A stretch of DNA of 62,871 bases, filler included, from Hausera hauseri (Eukaryota): NCBI GenBank assembly GCA_046269625.1. It is 10 parts of 10 records of this genome, joined end to end, with 100 filler letters (N's around TTAATTAATTAA, not from the genome) between each part and the next. Parts side by side here need not be neighbours in the genome. Positions count along the whole stretch, not along the records: positions 34,218 to 40,130 come from JBJURY010169640.1; positions 40,231 to 44,570 come from JBJURY010627997.1; positions 44,671 to 53,553 come from JBJURY010512127.1; 7 more parts are not named here. The stretch is one strand, 5' to 3'. Of the stretch, positions 37,701 through 51,769 are shown piece by piece; position 1 is the stretch's first letter; the number at the start of each line of letters is the position of its first letter. The position numbers and the translations under genes are program-made. Below the pieces are notes generated by a model. That model searched no databases, was not told the origin of the DNA, and saw only the letters and a list, made by a program, of their open reading frames with translations.

Positions 37701-40130
37701 GTCCGTTGTCTGGAGGAAGAGGGCCAACGATGTCGATATGCACGGATTCGAAACGTGATGTGCAGGGAAAGTGGAACAGTGGTGGCTTTAAATGGTTAGC
37801 TGTTTTATATTTTTGGCAAGACACACATTCCTTAACCCATGCCTGCACATCAGAACGCATTGACGGCCAAATTACTTGTCGATGGAAAAGACGAAAAGTG
37901 GCTTTATCACCAGAATGTTGCAGTGAATGCACGCTGTGAAATGCTTGCCTTTTCAGTTTTGGTGCTAAAATTATTACGGAATGGTCTGGTTTGGAAGTGT
38001 CTAAAGCCACGCCGTCAACGATTGTGCAAGATTTAAAAGAATTAAGCATGTCCTGAGGTGGCTGGTTCTGTTGAAGTTGCTCTTGCGTAAAAATCGGAGA
38101 AAAATTAATCGAACTAACCGATCTAGATAAAAAATCAGCAACCAAATTGTTAACGCCGTTAATATGTTTAATATCGAAGTTAAATGTCGATAAGTATGAT
38201 ATTTGTCCTTCTTGGCGTGTGGAAGGGTGTTTCATAGCCATGATGTTAAGTAAGGGCTTGTGATGGGTTTGTAAAGTGAAATGATGAGATACAAATGGAT
38301 GTGAGAAATGCTTTAGAGCGAGAACGATGGCCAATAGTTCTCGATTGAATGTGGAATATCTGGTTTCAGGTGCTGTTAGCTTGCGAGAGAAAAATTCTAA
38401 TGGTTGATTTTCTCCCTTGTAGATCTGGTGGAGTACAGCGCCTACTGAGGTGGTTGACGCGTCTGTAGTAAGGATGAGTTCTGCATAAGGCTTGGGAAAA
38501 GCTAGAATATCTACGGTTTTGATGCCTTCGCGTAGTTTATCAAATTTGTCAACTAATTCAGGTGTCCACTGGATTGGCTGATGTTTTTTGCCGCCGCTTA
38601 GGTGTGTGAATGGTGTTGTCAATTCCGAGCAATATGGTACGTATTTATGTACAAAGTGTAGTGTACCAAGGAGGCTAAGCATTTCGGTGGTCGTACGTGG
38701 CAACTGTATGTTTTTAAGAGCTTCGACTCGGTCTGATTTGGGAGAATGACCGTCTGGTGTGATAACATGGCCTAAAAAGTTAATGCGCTTTTTGGAAAAT
38801 TGGCATTTGTCGAAACGGACTTGGAGATTATGGTGGTTAAGACGTTGGAATATTTCACGAAAGTGTTCTTCGTGTTGTTTGGCCGAAGATAAAACGACTA
38901 GAATATAAGAGGAAATCTGCAAGAATTGATTAAATTTTCCGTTGAAAAGTTTGTGCGGCATTCCGCAAACCGAATGGCATAAAGAGGTATTTATAGAGGC
39001 CAAAAGGAGTAGTTACAGCGGTTTTTTCTCTGTCTTCGTGTGCTACCGGTATTTGACAGTATGCTTTAGCTAAATCAATGGTTGAATTGAGACGATGCAA
39101 GATATCCTTGATGAGTGGTAAAGGATATGCATCCATGGTAGTCAAGTTGTTTAGCTGCCGGTAGTCACCGCATGATCTAAAAGTACCGTCCTTTTTTGTA
39201 AAACGTGTAACGATGATGACCAAGGAGATTTGGAACGGCGTACTATTCCGGAACGTTCTAGCTCAAGAAATTCGTCTTCTACGGCCTGTCTACGACGAGA
39301 TGACAGAGGCCGCACTTTTTGGCGTATCGGACGTTGGTGCTGTGTGACTATGTGGTGTAAAGTGCTGTTTTGCGGGAGTAAAAGTACGGTCTTTTTTAAG
39401 TACGCGTGGACATGAGGTGTTGACGAATTGATGTAAAGTTGTAGATAACTGTGAGAGATTTGTGGAAGTGGTGAAACGACTTGAGTAGTAGCAGATGCAA
39501 TGTGTGAGTTGTTTCGTGATGTGCAGTCAAGTGGTATTTGGTGTAAGATGGTCGAATTGAAGATGGTGTTGGATGAAGTTACTTCGCTGAATGGACCAAT
39601 GTTGGTAGCAGTACCACAATTATCGACATCGAACCTCGATCATATATCAATATTAATATTTAAAAATTTTCGAATGGAATTATTGTTATAAAAAATCGAA
39701 TCATTCGTTTACTTTTTTTAAGATTGACTTCCGCGTTCCGGCCGACTGCACGGTAGTCGAAATGCTATTTACATGTTCAGAAATGTCGTCATTGGTGCCG
39801 TTCCTCAAACATCGCTCACTGCAGTCAACCAGTAGATTATAATGTGAGAGAAAGTCAGATCCTAGAATTTCCGACTGTATGTTAGCGAATGTGAACGTCC
39901 AGTAGAAAGTTAAGGAGAAATTTGGTAAAGTGAAAGATAATTTAGCCGTGCCAGAAATGTGCAGCGGTTGGCCTGAAGCAGTGTATAAGGATTTGATCTT
40001 AAATGGAGTATTTTGTGTAAGAAAGGTTTGTGGTAATAGAGAAATCACTGCACCTGTATCGATGAGAAAGTCAACAGATTGTGTTGTAGGAGCAGTGATT
40101 GCAGCCTTTAGAGTAAAGACAGCTAAAGAG
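34793..40130 (-). mobile_element. Ty3/Gypsy retrotransposon (PR-RT-RNase H-IN, PPT, probable long 3' LTR at 34793-36359) inserted into the Polinton polB
   Basis: FLIDTGAVISLLP protease; CGDYRQLN, IDLAKAY, MPFGLRNAAQTFQR RT; TDAS RNase H; HIDIVGPLP, ITDQGPQF, TTPYHPQSN..ERFHR integrase. PPT GGGGGGAGTGA is followed by TGTAATG at 36359. The left LTR boundary is inferred from TG at 34793 abutting polB. Confidence 0.88.
37354..39003 (-). pseudogene. Gypsy pol (RT C-terminus, RNase H, integrase), 549-codon open stretch
   Basis: ORF track; frameshifted at the RT YxDD region. Confidence 0.9.
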
Positions 40131-41209
40131 NNNNNNNNNNNNNNNNNNNNNNNNNNNNNNNNNNNNNNNNNNNNTTAATTAATTAANNNNNNNNNNNNNN
40201 NNNNNNNNNNNNNNNNNNNNNNNNNNNNNNTATGGCCATCTACGAGTGTAAAGCGCAAAACAATGGCTAAGTATGGAAAACCTTTGAAAAAGCCTCGATT
40301 ACAGCATGGTTATCATGTGTCTGTTAAAAAAGCCATTGCATATTGATTTGGATGATTCCCTACATTTATAAACGTGCAAATATACCAACCGTCTAAAAAG
40401 CTGACAGCCGATGCTACGATTAAAATAAAATTATTTTTACATGATGTTGATCCTATGTTGAAACTTAATGAAGATTTATTAGCATTCAAATGAATTTTCA
40501 TTCCTGGGCAGAAAACAAAAATTATAAATGTTATTGACAAAGAAATGAAAAAGCTACCGGAATCTACACTGTGCCGATTAAAAATAGAAATTAAAGGATA
40601 CAAGGAAAGATATGGAATTAAAACTCCAATATGGAACATTGCCGAAGTTTATTTCAATTATCAGTGAATTAATTTTATTTCATTAATTACATCAAATATT
40701 TTATCTTTATGTTCTTATAGTAAAAAGAGGGCATCCGAATGGAGGCAGTTCCCATGTGCGCTCAAAGATGATATATAAAGTGTTGTCTTTTTATAACCAT
40801 AGAGATGCAACATATGACTAATATTTTTGCTAACACCTCAAATCACATCCATGCGGGTACATCAATTTTGACAGTTAACCCATATGTTCTGGTTGTTGAT
40901 GAACAGCGAACATTAAACAATAAATAATACGGTTATTATGAAAACTTTGATTACTGTGTGCTAAATTAAGCATAATGAACATCACGTAACCACGGACTTT
41001 AACAAAACTATATGCTGATTAATTATATGAAAAAATTTCACACAAATCTGCTCATGTGAGCACGTGTGAGCATACATGTACGTACTCACATGTCACAAAT
41101 GCGTGCTCACATGTCGTACATGTTTGCTCACATGTTGACATTGTTCTCGACAACGCATAACCACCTACTTACATTATCTTCAACATTTCATCAGCCACTA
41201 ACCAGAGCA

Positions 41210-43505
41210 ATGACGGATTTATGGTTAATTGGACAGCCATCATCATCAGTAAGTGAATCTAAGCTACCAAGCAACAAATAGGTTTTGAAATTCTTTTATC
41301 TTCGACATGAACCAGATAATGTCACAAATAAAGTTTCAAATAACGAATTGGCATATGAAGTGATGGACAGTATTACTGTATTTTGTCAGATGGAGAGAAT
41401 CAAAATAAAAACACGGCAAAACTGTATGATATCTGTAACGAATCTTTGGGAGAATGAGTCAGTTTAGCAAAGAATAGAAAACGCGAAGGAGATCCCGATG
41501 GAAAAGAGCGAGTTTTGTTTTAAAATTGGATAAACTTTTTGATATTGGTTCATCAGATGCTATACATGAAATTAAAAAAATGTCGCTTTCTGTCAGAAGA
41601 GAAGAAAAGAGAATACGTAAACTTCTATTTGAATCAGAGGAGTGAAAGGGCAGCAACGATGTCGAGTCATGACAAAATATTTCAAAATAAGGCTGAAGGT
41701 AAAGAAATGAGACAGAAAGTTTTGTACATGGAGTCTGTAAAGGAGATGGAAATATAAAGATTGGCTATACTCACGGACAGTCATGAATTGATCGAATCAG
41801 AGGATGAAAGTGAGACACAAGATGATGTCGAGTTCATTACCACAGCGTGTAAGATGAGAAAAACGGAATGATCAACCTACCAAGAAAGATAATGCAGTGC
41901 GAAGCCATCACAAGTGCAGCAGACATGCTCATCCTGTCCGACAATCAGACAATGATGTTGGTTTCTGCAGCAATTAATGTTTGTAATGGCGATTTCAAAC
42001 AGTCTGACATATCACGGCAGACTACTCGCCGAAAATGAATGGCTAATAGGCCACAAATCGCAGAAGACGTTGCCCATTTATTCAAAGAAAATCCACCTCG
42101 CTTTTCTGGCCTCTACTGGGATGGAAAACTGATAAAGTATCACCTTGGTGCAACCAGTAAACGCCTTGCTGTTATTATGTCAGGGGCTCCTGATTACACT
42201 CAAGGAAAATTGTTAGGCATACCAACTCTGTCAGACTCGACCGGCCAGTCACAGGCTGATGCAACATTTCTCCATTTCATTTACTCGACTTGTGGGAAAT
42301 TTTACCCAACATTATAGAGTTAGTGTCTGACACCACAGCCAGCAACAGAGGTGCAAAGAGAGGGGCAGTAAAGCTACTTGAAGATAAAATTGGAAAAAAA
42401 ACTGTTATACTTACCTTGTTGGCACCACATTCTGGAACTACTTATAGGTGCTGTATGGAAACTTCTGTTTGGTAAGATTGTTGGAACAGATAACAACTTA
42501 CTTGCCAAATTAAAAAAAATCATGGATCATCTTGATATTCAAGCTCTTGCCAAAATATTACAGTTTGACGAACATTGGCTGACAGAACTGAAAACATGCG
42601 TAATCGAAAAACTTATTACACTTCTGTTAGGCAGTTCTACGAAAAAATTACATGATATGATTATCGTGAATGTTCTGAGAATGCTTTGATGATATTGGGG
42701 GCAACGCCACCACAGGAAAATCGTTTTATGAAACCCAATATTATTCATCATGTACGGTGGATGGCTTGCAACTTATACGCTATGAAAATGTTTATGTTCA
42801 CCAAACAGATGGGGTATAATGTCACAGCTGTTGATAAGCTGCACAGATTGAACACATTTCTCAGTCTATTCTACGTGGCATTGTGGATGAAAGCCGACTG
42901 TGCCGCTAGTGCCCCTGTTCTTGACTTACAGATGATATACTGATATACTGATATAATTATATACTTATACGTAATGATATACGTGATATACTACAATTGG
43001 ATGGACCATGATGTTGCAGACATTGTCCTGAATAAGCTGTTCAAGCAGTGTTAGTTTTTGACACAAGAGATAGTCCCTTTTGTGCTATTCAATAAGCAGC
43101 CATCAATTACTTACAGTGCCAAACAAGGCATAGCATCCACGCTTAACTATATTCCAGTTCCAGAATATTTCCGATTGGAAAGACCGGTATTCCCAGAATT
43201 GTAACGAGACACAGCATTTGCAGATTTAGTGAGACCAAGGTTCCATATTTTGTTTCACAGTCTCAATGTAACTACTACATGGCTCACCAAACCAGTTAGT
43301 CAATGCAACAGTGATATGTACTATCCAGGAATTCGTCTTTTCGGTGAAGGTTGTGAATGATACGGTTGAACGAGGAACGAAATTGATGACTGACTTCACA
43401 ACTCGTACGACCATTGATCATCTTCAGAAAGCTGTTTTACTACAAGCAGTGGAGCGACATCGGCAGCTGTATTCTGACGTTCTTAAAGCAACTCTTATTA
43501 TTTAA
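41210..43505 (+). pseudogene. hATm-group DNA transposase, decayed
   Basis: SKLPSNK*VL, LYWDGKLI, KLLGIP...STGQSQA, DTTASNRG, LPCWHHILEL, HHVRWMA, VVNDTVERGTKLM. CATGTGAGCA/TGCTCACATG repeats upstream at 41050-41135. Confidence 0.85.
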
Positions 43506-44670
43506 ACACTAAATTACCATAAATAAATGTGCATTTTCGCGATTTTTGGTTTATACATGCTCCGGAGCTTTGATGGATCTCTGAGCCCTAAAAATGGAAA
43601 AAGCTGTTCTCACATTTAATGCAAACAAATCAATAGGAAAATTACTTCAGAAATATTGAACCATGGCTAAAATTTATTTTGACTTAGTAATTCTGTTAAT
43701 GTTAGTCGAGTTAATTGTATTAAAGCAAGTGTGTACTTTGACGTCATGATATTTTCGTGATACGACTGGTACTACTATTTATTGACTCACTTTGTGAGTC
43801 TTGACTAGGTGGTAGAACATTTGACTTTCAGTGAATGGCAACTTCCTTTAATTCCTATCTTAAACCTTCTAATTTCACATATTCCTTGTGTGATGCTTTA
43901 ATATTATGTGATGTTTTAATATTAAAAAAGATATAGATACAGATTTTGAAGTAGATGATTTGAGTGAAACTTTTCATTACAGTGAAAACCATAAATATAT
44001 TCATTGAATTATAGACGTAGTTCCGTCATATAGTTCCAAGAAAAATAAATATTTAAATATCTAATTTTTCATGATATAACTTGATATATAAATATATATC
44101 CTTGTGTAGAATCGAAAAATATACCATACATTACTTTAAAAATATTGCGTACTGGATTTCTTTTAAAAATGGATTACATAATATACCAAGGTCACTACAC
44201 ACCATAAAGTTATACATCCTAATGCACACCAACATAAAAATGACAATTATGAACATTTGTTAACACTGGTAACTATGCAAAATTTCTAACAATGATAAAA
44301 TTTAACAATTATCCATGAAAAATATTTGTAAAACAAAAGCTCGGTGATTATAAGATTCTGAATATTTCGATTTAAATGCTGAGATAATTTGGTTCTTAAA
44401 TTTTTGGATGCTTTTGTGACGAAAAAGTCTGTAAAATGGTTTTATTAAGTTGCTCGTCTTGGTACATGGCTAGTTAAAGCTGAGGTGAGCATTCATCAGC
44501 CTGTTGCGTTTACATTTTACGCATTTAATTTTTATTGTTATTTAGGTCCTGCATCATTGTAGTTTAGCGGNNNNNNNNNNNNNNNNNNNNNNNNNNNNNN
44601 NNNNNNNNNNNNNNTTAATTAATTAANNNNNNNNNNNNNNNNNNNNNNNNNNNNNNNNNNNNNNNNNNNN

Positions 44671-44880
44671 CTGCATCATCAGCAAAAAGTAGTTCCCTAA
44701 TGAGAATTTCCATAGTTTTTGTCTCAGCTTTCAGCCGTTTCAGATTGTACATTGATCCATCTGGTCTTGTGCGGATGAATACGTCACCAATGTTGTCTTT
44801 AAAAGCACATGTCAGAAGGACAGCAAAGTAGATTCCAAAGAGGGTTGGTGCAAGGACACATCCTTGTTTCACACCATTTT
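44671..44880 (-). mobile_element. RTE-clade LINE reverse transcriptase fragment
   Basis: GVKQGCVLAPTLFGIYF..RELLFADDA. Confidence 0.88.
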
Positions 44881-46546
44881 TTACATTGCGCCATTACTAA
44901 ATGTTGTTAGAAGAATTCGTCTGTTCTCTTTTTCTGTTATAAATTTTGTAAGGTCTGCCGAATTCTATTGCTAACTTTGTTTAGACATGTGGCCAGTTTT
45001 TTCTGTTCTAAGACAAGGCGAGATCCATGTTGCCATTACTATACATAAGAACTGATAAAGCTAATACGAAATATTTTTAAACAACTTGAAGTCACGCGAC
45101 AGATTCTGACAAAGGAAGGAAAAGAACAATCACGACCCAAATGGCAACAAAAAGAGTATAGATAACTTTATTTGGCATTGAGACGAAGTGCACAATCTAA
45201 GAGATAACTGGATCCGCAATTGAAGACCAAAGTTTTTATAAAAAAAAAAAGTCATAAACCAGACATTAATTTCACACTGGTCATAGAACTGAATTCAATA
45301 TCATAGCATACTCATATGCATTGTTAGACGTTCATGGAAACGACACATAACGGTTTTGTAAAGTATCATAAGATTAGAAAAGCCAGAGTTTAATCATTCA
45401 TAGAAAAGAACGGAGCAGTGTTCATTGATAAGATATATCAGTCATGTAAGGTTTATTTAAAAGCCATAGAGAGCATGAACACAATCGGACACAGTTAATT
45501 GTGCAGCTGCAGTGTACAATTTTAATCTGGTAGTTAGTTGTAGGAAATATGATGCCAATGAAAAAAAAAGCACAATTTAATTTATACGTTTACAACACTA
45601 CATACACAGGTACAATAAAAATACAAAACATATACAGAACAAATCCAACTCTATAACAGTTTTTTAAAATTTTATTTGCATAATTTATAAAATAATATAT
45701 AGCACGAAATATGCATAATAATTATTTATTTGGTAAAAGAAGTAGAAACTTTCAAAAACTCTGTGCAATCTCGGAAGAAAAATAGAAAAGGCGTACAATA
45801 TTTATTGAAAACTAACTCGGTACAGAAGCTTATGATTGCACGTGTAATACAATATTTATGCTTGTTAAAATATTCCTTTAATGCCCCTTCCTTTTACTAT
45901 CTCCATTTAGCAGCATGCAAAGTCAAAATATGAACTTAAAATGACATAATGCAATAAGATGTGGTGATATAATGCAACAGGCCATCATAAGTCAGAATTG
46001 AATGACATTCGTGGGAGTCATTCTTTATACATTATTCATTAGAAATAAAAAAATGAATATATTAAAAATGAAAATTCATTTTCAAATTGTAATAATATGA
46101 ATTTTAACATTTAATAATAATTATGAGAAATAATATCAACAATAATAAATATAAATAATAATAAATATAAGCAATAACATCATCAATAAATATAGGGATA
46201 TGAGACCAACAAACATGCAATCATATTTTTATAACGAAAAAAAAATTCGTGTTACAATCCTTATAAAAAAAACAACTGAAAACTATAATTCGCAAAAAAT
46301 GTGTTGCTGCGATTTTAGATACCACAAGGCGTATTGGAAGATGACTGCTTTGCCTGTCTTCAAACAAGAACAGATGGCAATGAAAAAGCGGTTGCTAAAA
46401 AAAAAAAAAAGATATTGAAAATAACATTTATTTGGATGCCTGCTTTTATCAATGGTTTGATGGTGTTTTGTTTATTATATAACCCGTGTGATAGTTAAAC
46501 ATGCATTTGAAAAATGTTGACACATAATCAGAAATTAAAGTCTGAC

Positions 46547-49352
46547 CTAGTACTTGTCTATAACATGGCGTAATGCGCCTTCTCTCTTGACAATTCTAAG
46601 AAAACCTTCTATCGTTATCCTTCTTGCTGGGTGTCTCTCTAGAAGTTTCAGCAGCCAATTCCTGTTTGGATTACATAATAAAGTCGATTAAAGCAGAGCG
46701 ATGGCGAAAATTATTCCAGAAAACTACATGGTAAAAATCAAACGTCATTTGACAAAGAACCAAATACGTTGTTATTTATTTAGATGAATCTATAGCATTT
46801 TGTTTTATTAACATGTCATATTTGATTATTTATTAACCAGTGACCCACAGAGTAAGACGCAAATAGCTGAAACAGGATACTTCAGCACAATCGTCGGATT
46901 ATTGTGCAAAGATCATATTACAAGATCTGAGGTGTGGAAAACGACAGGAAATAGCGTAGAACACTTACTGACAGTGAAAACAAGCGAAGTTACATTGATG
47001 TGGCCATGCATCAAAAGCAACTGTGCATTCAAACACCATCCTGAAAGTCAAAGCAAAAATCTAAAAATACGCAGCTACAAGGTGAGTTGGATATAGACAG
47101 CGATAAATGGGCAGAAAAGTTGCCCAGAGAATTATAGAAGCTGGCCTAACATAGACAACTATGAGAGTCACTTTGATTACAGACCAATAGAGCAAATGTA
47201 AATTTACTGGAGATCCGAGTTGCAGTGTACACAATCGTTAAAGTAATAGAGGCTGACTCATGACAGAGGCTTATAATCTTTATCAAATGTAAAGAAACTT
47301 TTTATTGTTTCATTATGTTATGCAAATAAGAGGAAATAGGAGAAAATATAAATGAAAAAGCACCAGAAACAATTATGTTTTAAATTTTGACCAAAAAAAA
47401 AAAAAAAAACCAATGTGTGATATAAGCAATTATAACAAAAAAAAAAAAGACATTGGAAAAGAAAAGTAATGGAAACAACCTGAATAAGAAAGAAGTAGGA
47501 AGAAGAATTTTTTTTAAAAAGATAAATAGTATACAGCATTGTTGTACTAACTGACGTGAATAAAGTTAAAAACAACATACCTGACATTTGAGGGTAGATC
47601 TCGTTTTCTTCTCGTCTCGAAATAGTAATCAATATTCTCTTCAGGATCACGTTCCATGATCAAGGCCCATAACACAACACCAAGACAATAGGCGTCCAGC
47701 TGTAATTCACAAAAATTATGTGTTAAACAGCAGAAAGTGACACGCATGATCAAACCATGCCAACATTACACAAATATTACATTTTGTTTTGCGACTTTCT
47801 CTAGCTGGATCGCAGAAAAGTACTAGTTTATTAGGATGTACAATACAAATCATCTGTGGGGACTTATTTGTTGCTCATAACGAAATGACTTTTCAATCAC
47901 TAATTAAAAAAAAAGAACTTGGTCTTGGCTTGCTAATTATTTTATGTGACTATTAATATTAAGAAAACAGCATTGTGCCACATTATTCCCTCTACATTAA
48001 GGACTGTTGCAATCAGGATAACATTATTTGGACATTTCCATGTCTAATGCGATTCCTGTTTAAGCAAGCATCGAAGAGTGTACGTGATCACTATTCAAAT
48101 ACCTCGTGTGTTTCGTTAATGTTTTTCGTGCAAGTATGAGATTCGTTTTATCAATGTTCAACGTACAAAATAACACTAATCTCCTTACACGCATTATCCT
48201 CCTTCCACTGAGAACATATGTATCAACTTATGACACAATTAAAGTAAGTCGCACTTGTTATACATGGTTCCTAACCACGCAATAAGATTGATCATCTGTA
48301 TATAACATTACAGAATACAAAACGCGGTATTAAACGTATATGCGTCTCTATATGTACAACCTCTTGTTATCATCAAAACGAATTATGAAAAAATTAATGG
48401 CAGATAAACAGTTCAATGAAAATGAAAAGAGAGAAACTAATGAGCGAAGAAAACTAACATTAGATTTAAGGAAAAGGCTGTCAAAATTAATTCGACACAT
48501 AGTCATCAATGTCAGTATTGAATACAGTGAAAACTTACCAGTTATAGGGGAAAAGAACCGGGGGGGGGGGGGAAGCAAGATCTAGAAAAGAGACTATGAA
48601 ATTTTTAAGTCGAATTATTAAAACTTGAGAATAAGACATAGACTCGACAGACAGTTACAGAAAGTTGAGTAATGCACATATCAAACATTCAGCAAACTGA
48701 GATAGAAAAAGAACGAAAATTCACTTACCTTAAATGGATCCAACTCCTTGTCAACTGCAGCATTAATCCTTTCAGGAGGGAAATAAGCACGAGTACCACC
48801 ACACAGTTTCGTTGGAACCATCTGCTGATGAGGAAATAGCTCTACAGCCAAGCCAAAATCACCCAGGATAGCATTGAAATCGTCGTCTATAAAGATGTTA
48901 TCCAATTTAACATCACAATGAACGATATTGTTTTTGTGTAGATAACGGAGGGCACAAGCAGTTTGAGTGATACACAGCTCTGTTAGTTCAGAGCTGAGAT
49001 TGCCAACATAGTCGTTGAGCGTGCCTCTCCGATAGTAGTGCATACTGTAAGCCATATACTCTGGGCCATGACCAGCGATGAGACATTTCATCACAAATGG
49101 ATGATCGAAAGACTGCATAAATTGCACTTCAGCATGAAAAACTTCTTTATTCCTTTCTTTTGTCTCATCATCCAGTAGAGTGAACTTTTTCACCACACGT
49201 TTGATGTTGGGTTTCGTCAAATATGCAGCCAGTATAATTTCTCCACATACTCCACTATCAATAACCTCTTCTGGTTGAAGCTTGAATGTGCCAAAGAAAT
49301 CGTTTCCTTCCAGCTGATATACCATCGGGCTGCGAATAACTGACTGGGCCAT
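46547..49352 (-). CDS. Ser/Thr protein kinase (non-RD), 3 exons: 49352-48729, 47699-47581, 46661-46547; 285 aa
   Basis: IDSGVCGEI, VVKK, HCDVKLDNI, DFG, GTRAYFPPE, LDAYCLGVVLW, LLKLLERHPARRIT. The GT..AG introns keep frame through to the TAG stop. Confidence 0.9.
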
Positions 49353-49497
49353 ACTTCTTTGTGTATATATGACTTGAAAAGAATAAATTATACAGTAAAG
49401 ACTATATGCAAAACTGAAGATGAAATCTCAGCCCCAAGAAGAAAACTTCATAAATTTCAGTGGTACGAGTCAGAACGCACACAGATTCCTCTATTTG

Positions 49498-49538
49498 CAA
49501 ACTGATGACAAGAAAATGTCATGCAGGACTTATATAGG
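49498..49538 (-). promoter_or_regulatory. Pol II core promoter of the kinase gene (TATA plus Inr)
   Basis: Minus-strand CCTATATAAG at ~49529-49538, about 30 nt upstream of TCAGTT (Inr) near 49499-49505 and about 150 nt upstream of the ATG. Confidence 0.6.
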
Positions 49539-51769
49539 CAGGCCCAGGCGACAATTAGAATTGTATTGTTAAATCAGAGAGACACAATATTGCTAAAGAT
49601 AAGAAATATGCACAATACAGGGTAATAGTCAGGGTATGGAAAACAATGAACATTCAAAAACTGCCAGTTTTCTAGAGTAAACAGGCCCGTGACTGGCCGT
49701 ATTAGACCTGTTTGATGAACATATTGGTTACTATAGCCATGAAGTTAAAATATAAACAATAATACGCCGGCCAATATTTTGTTGTCATTAGATACACCAC
49801 AGTATTTTCACAGATTAGATTTATTTTAAACAGACCTCTATGAGGAATGCAGGTGCGGATTTTTAAGGTTAGCTTACGCCAGTCCACTTTTCCTTTCTCA
49901 GTTTCTTCCTTTTACAAATTTATTTGATTTGTGACTCTTGAAGACTTTTTTGCCTGGATGTTGTGGCATAGTCTTCTAAAATTTGAATGTTGTTATCTTT
50001 TGTGTGGGTCCCAGGTTCTTGTTGATTTCTGGACCAACCTCTGTCACCGAGAACTTAATTGTTGGCATATCTGGTAAATTCCTTTTTCATATGAAATCCA
50101 ATATTGTCTGTAATCCCGTTCTCTGATTTTCGTTTGACATGGTATCTGGTTATCTAATTTCGAGTATTTGTCTAGAATCTTTATATATGTTTGAAGTTTG
50201 TTTTCCACCGTCCCTACAGTCGAGTTTTTGAGCCATAAGCATTATTGTAAAGCATCAAATTGAAATATATGAAATAAATTCTGATTCTGTGATTTAATTC
50301 CGTTTTTCTTTTTTTTCTTTTCTCTTGTGTTCCGCATTCTCTACTAATACAGCTTCGAATGTATGAAGATTTCTGAACCTTTTGAAAGCATTCTGCATCC
50401 AGACAAATGTGAGTGTTAGTGTCTCCTTCTTGATTTTATTACCCAACTTATTACCAAGGGTGAAAATAATGCGGAATTATAATTATGCCTGTCTGACTTC
50501 CATTCTACCTGCTGGCTCCGATAAGTCATTGCATCATGTGTTAGTAAAGAGTAGGGAGCGCCAAACGATGTGGCCATTGGGAACACGGATCATTCCAAAC
50601 CAATCAAAGCATCTTTGTAGAAACGATTTTAATTACAAAGCTGTAATTGTATAAACATGATAACATGTAGCACAAAAGTTAAAAGATTCTAGAACTGTGG
50701 ATAGTAATCAACAAATAATGTATTTGAATCATCCAAGGATATCATTTGCCGTGAATATTAAGAGACAGAGGTGATAGAAACATAGGAATGAGGGAAAATC
50801 CTGAAACGAATTTATATATGCAAACTGTTTGAAAGAAAGAGGAAAAAAAAACGGTAGAAAATCAGCTTGAATCAGTAGGCATTAACTGGCAAGAGAGACA
50901 AAATGCAGAAATGAATGGAGACACACAGTCTGCATAAGGGTTTCTCTATACTGCATATTTAGCAATTCGTTATGGACCATCGTTTCATTTGAAATGGTGT
51001 CTGGCCATCCGACTCTGAATGTTTGTTTTAGAAATTTCTTTCAAAATGTTTCTCTATATTTTGTTCCACCGTCTCTATGTTTCTCTAATTTTCTAAATTT
51101 CCAAGACATAAAGTAATACTGATTTTACATTAGAAATAAAAACGAGAAATTTAGACTGACTGATATTATATCTAAGTTTCTCATATTGATGAACGCTTCT
51201 ATTTCGAGGTATGCTGTTTTACTCCTCAGCACATTTCCCACCCAGACAGATTCAAGGCCTCTAATCTCTGTGTTAATATATACTGAATTGCCTTTTGAGG
51301 ACTCTTGACTGACTTCATTACCCCCAAAAATAAATTGGAGAGTATGAGGAGGATTTCACAGAAGGCAATTTTCAGACTTTTGCAGTCCTATGCACAACTA
51401 AAAACTGCTCAAGACGCAATAACATTTAATGCGATTTTATGATATTAGATATTAGCATTTTTATGTTATTAAACACAAACACTCACTCACACACACACGC
51501 ACACACACATCAAGAAAGCGTGTATCATTCAGCCAAAAAGAGATAATAATGACAAAATCATTGGCAACAAAATGACGCTAAAAATACAATTTGAGAACAA
51601 AGTAGAGTCTTTTATGTTAGCAAACATATTAAAGACAAACTTGAGAATGGAACTTGAAATTTGCGAAAATTATGCATATAGATGTCTTGGTCTCATAATG
51701 TCCCTTGTTGATACTAGTAAAGTTGGCAAACATTCGAATTTCCTCAAGTTGTCTTTTTAAATATTTTGC

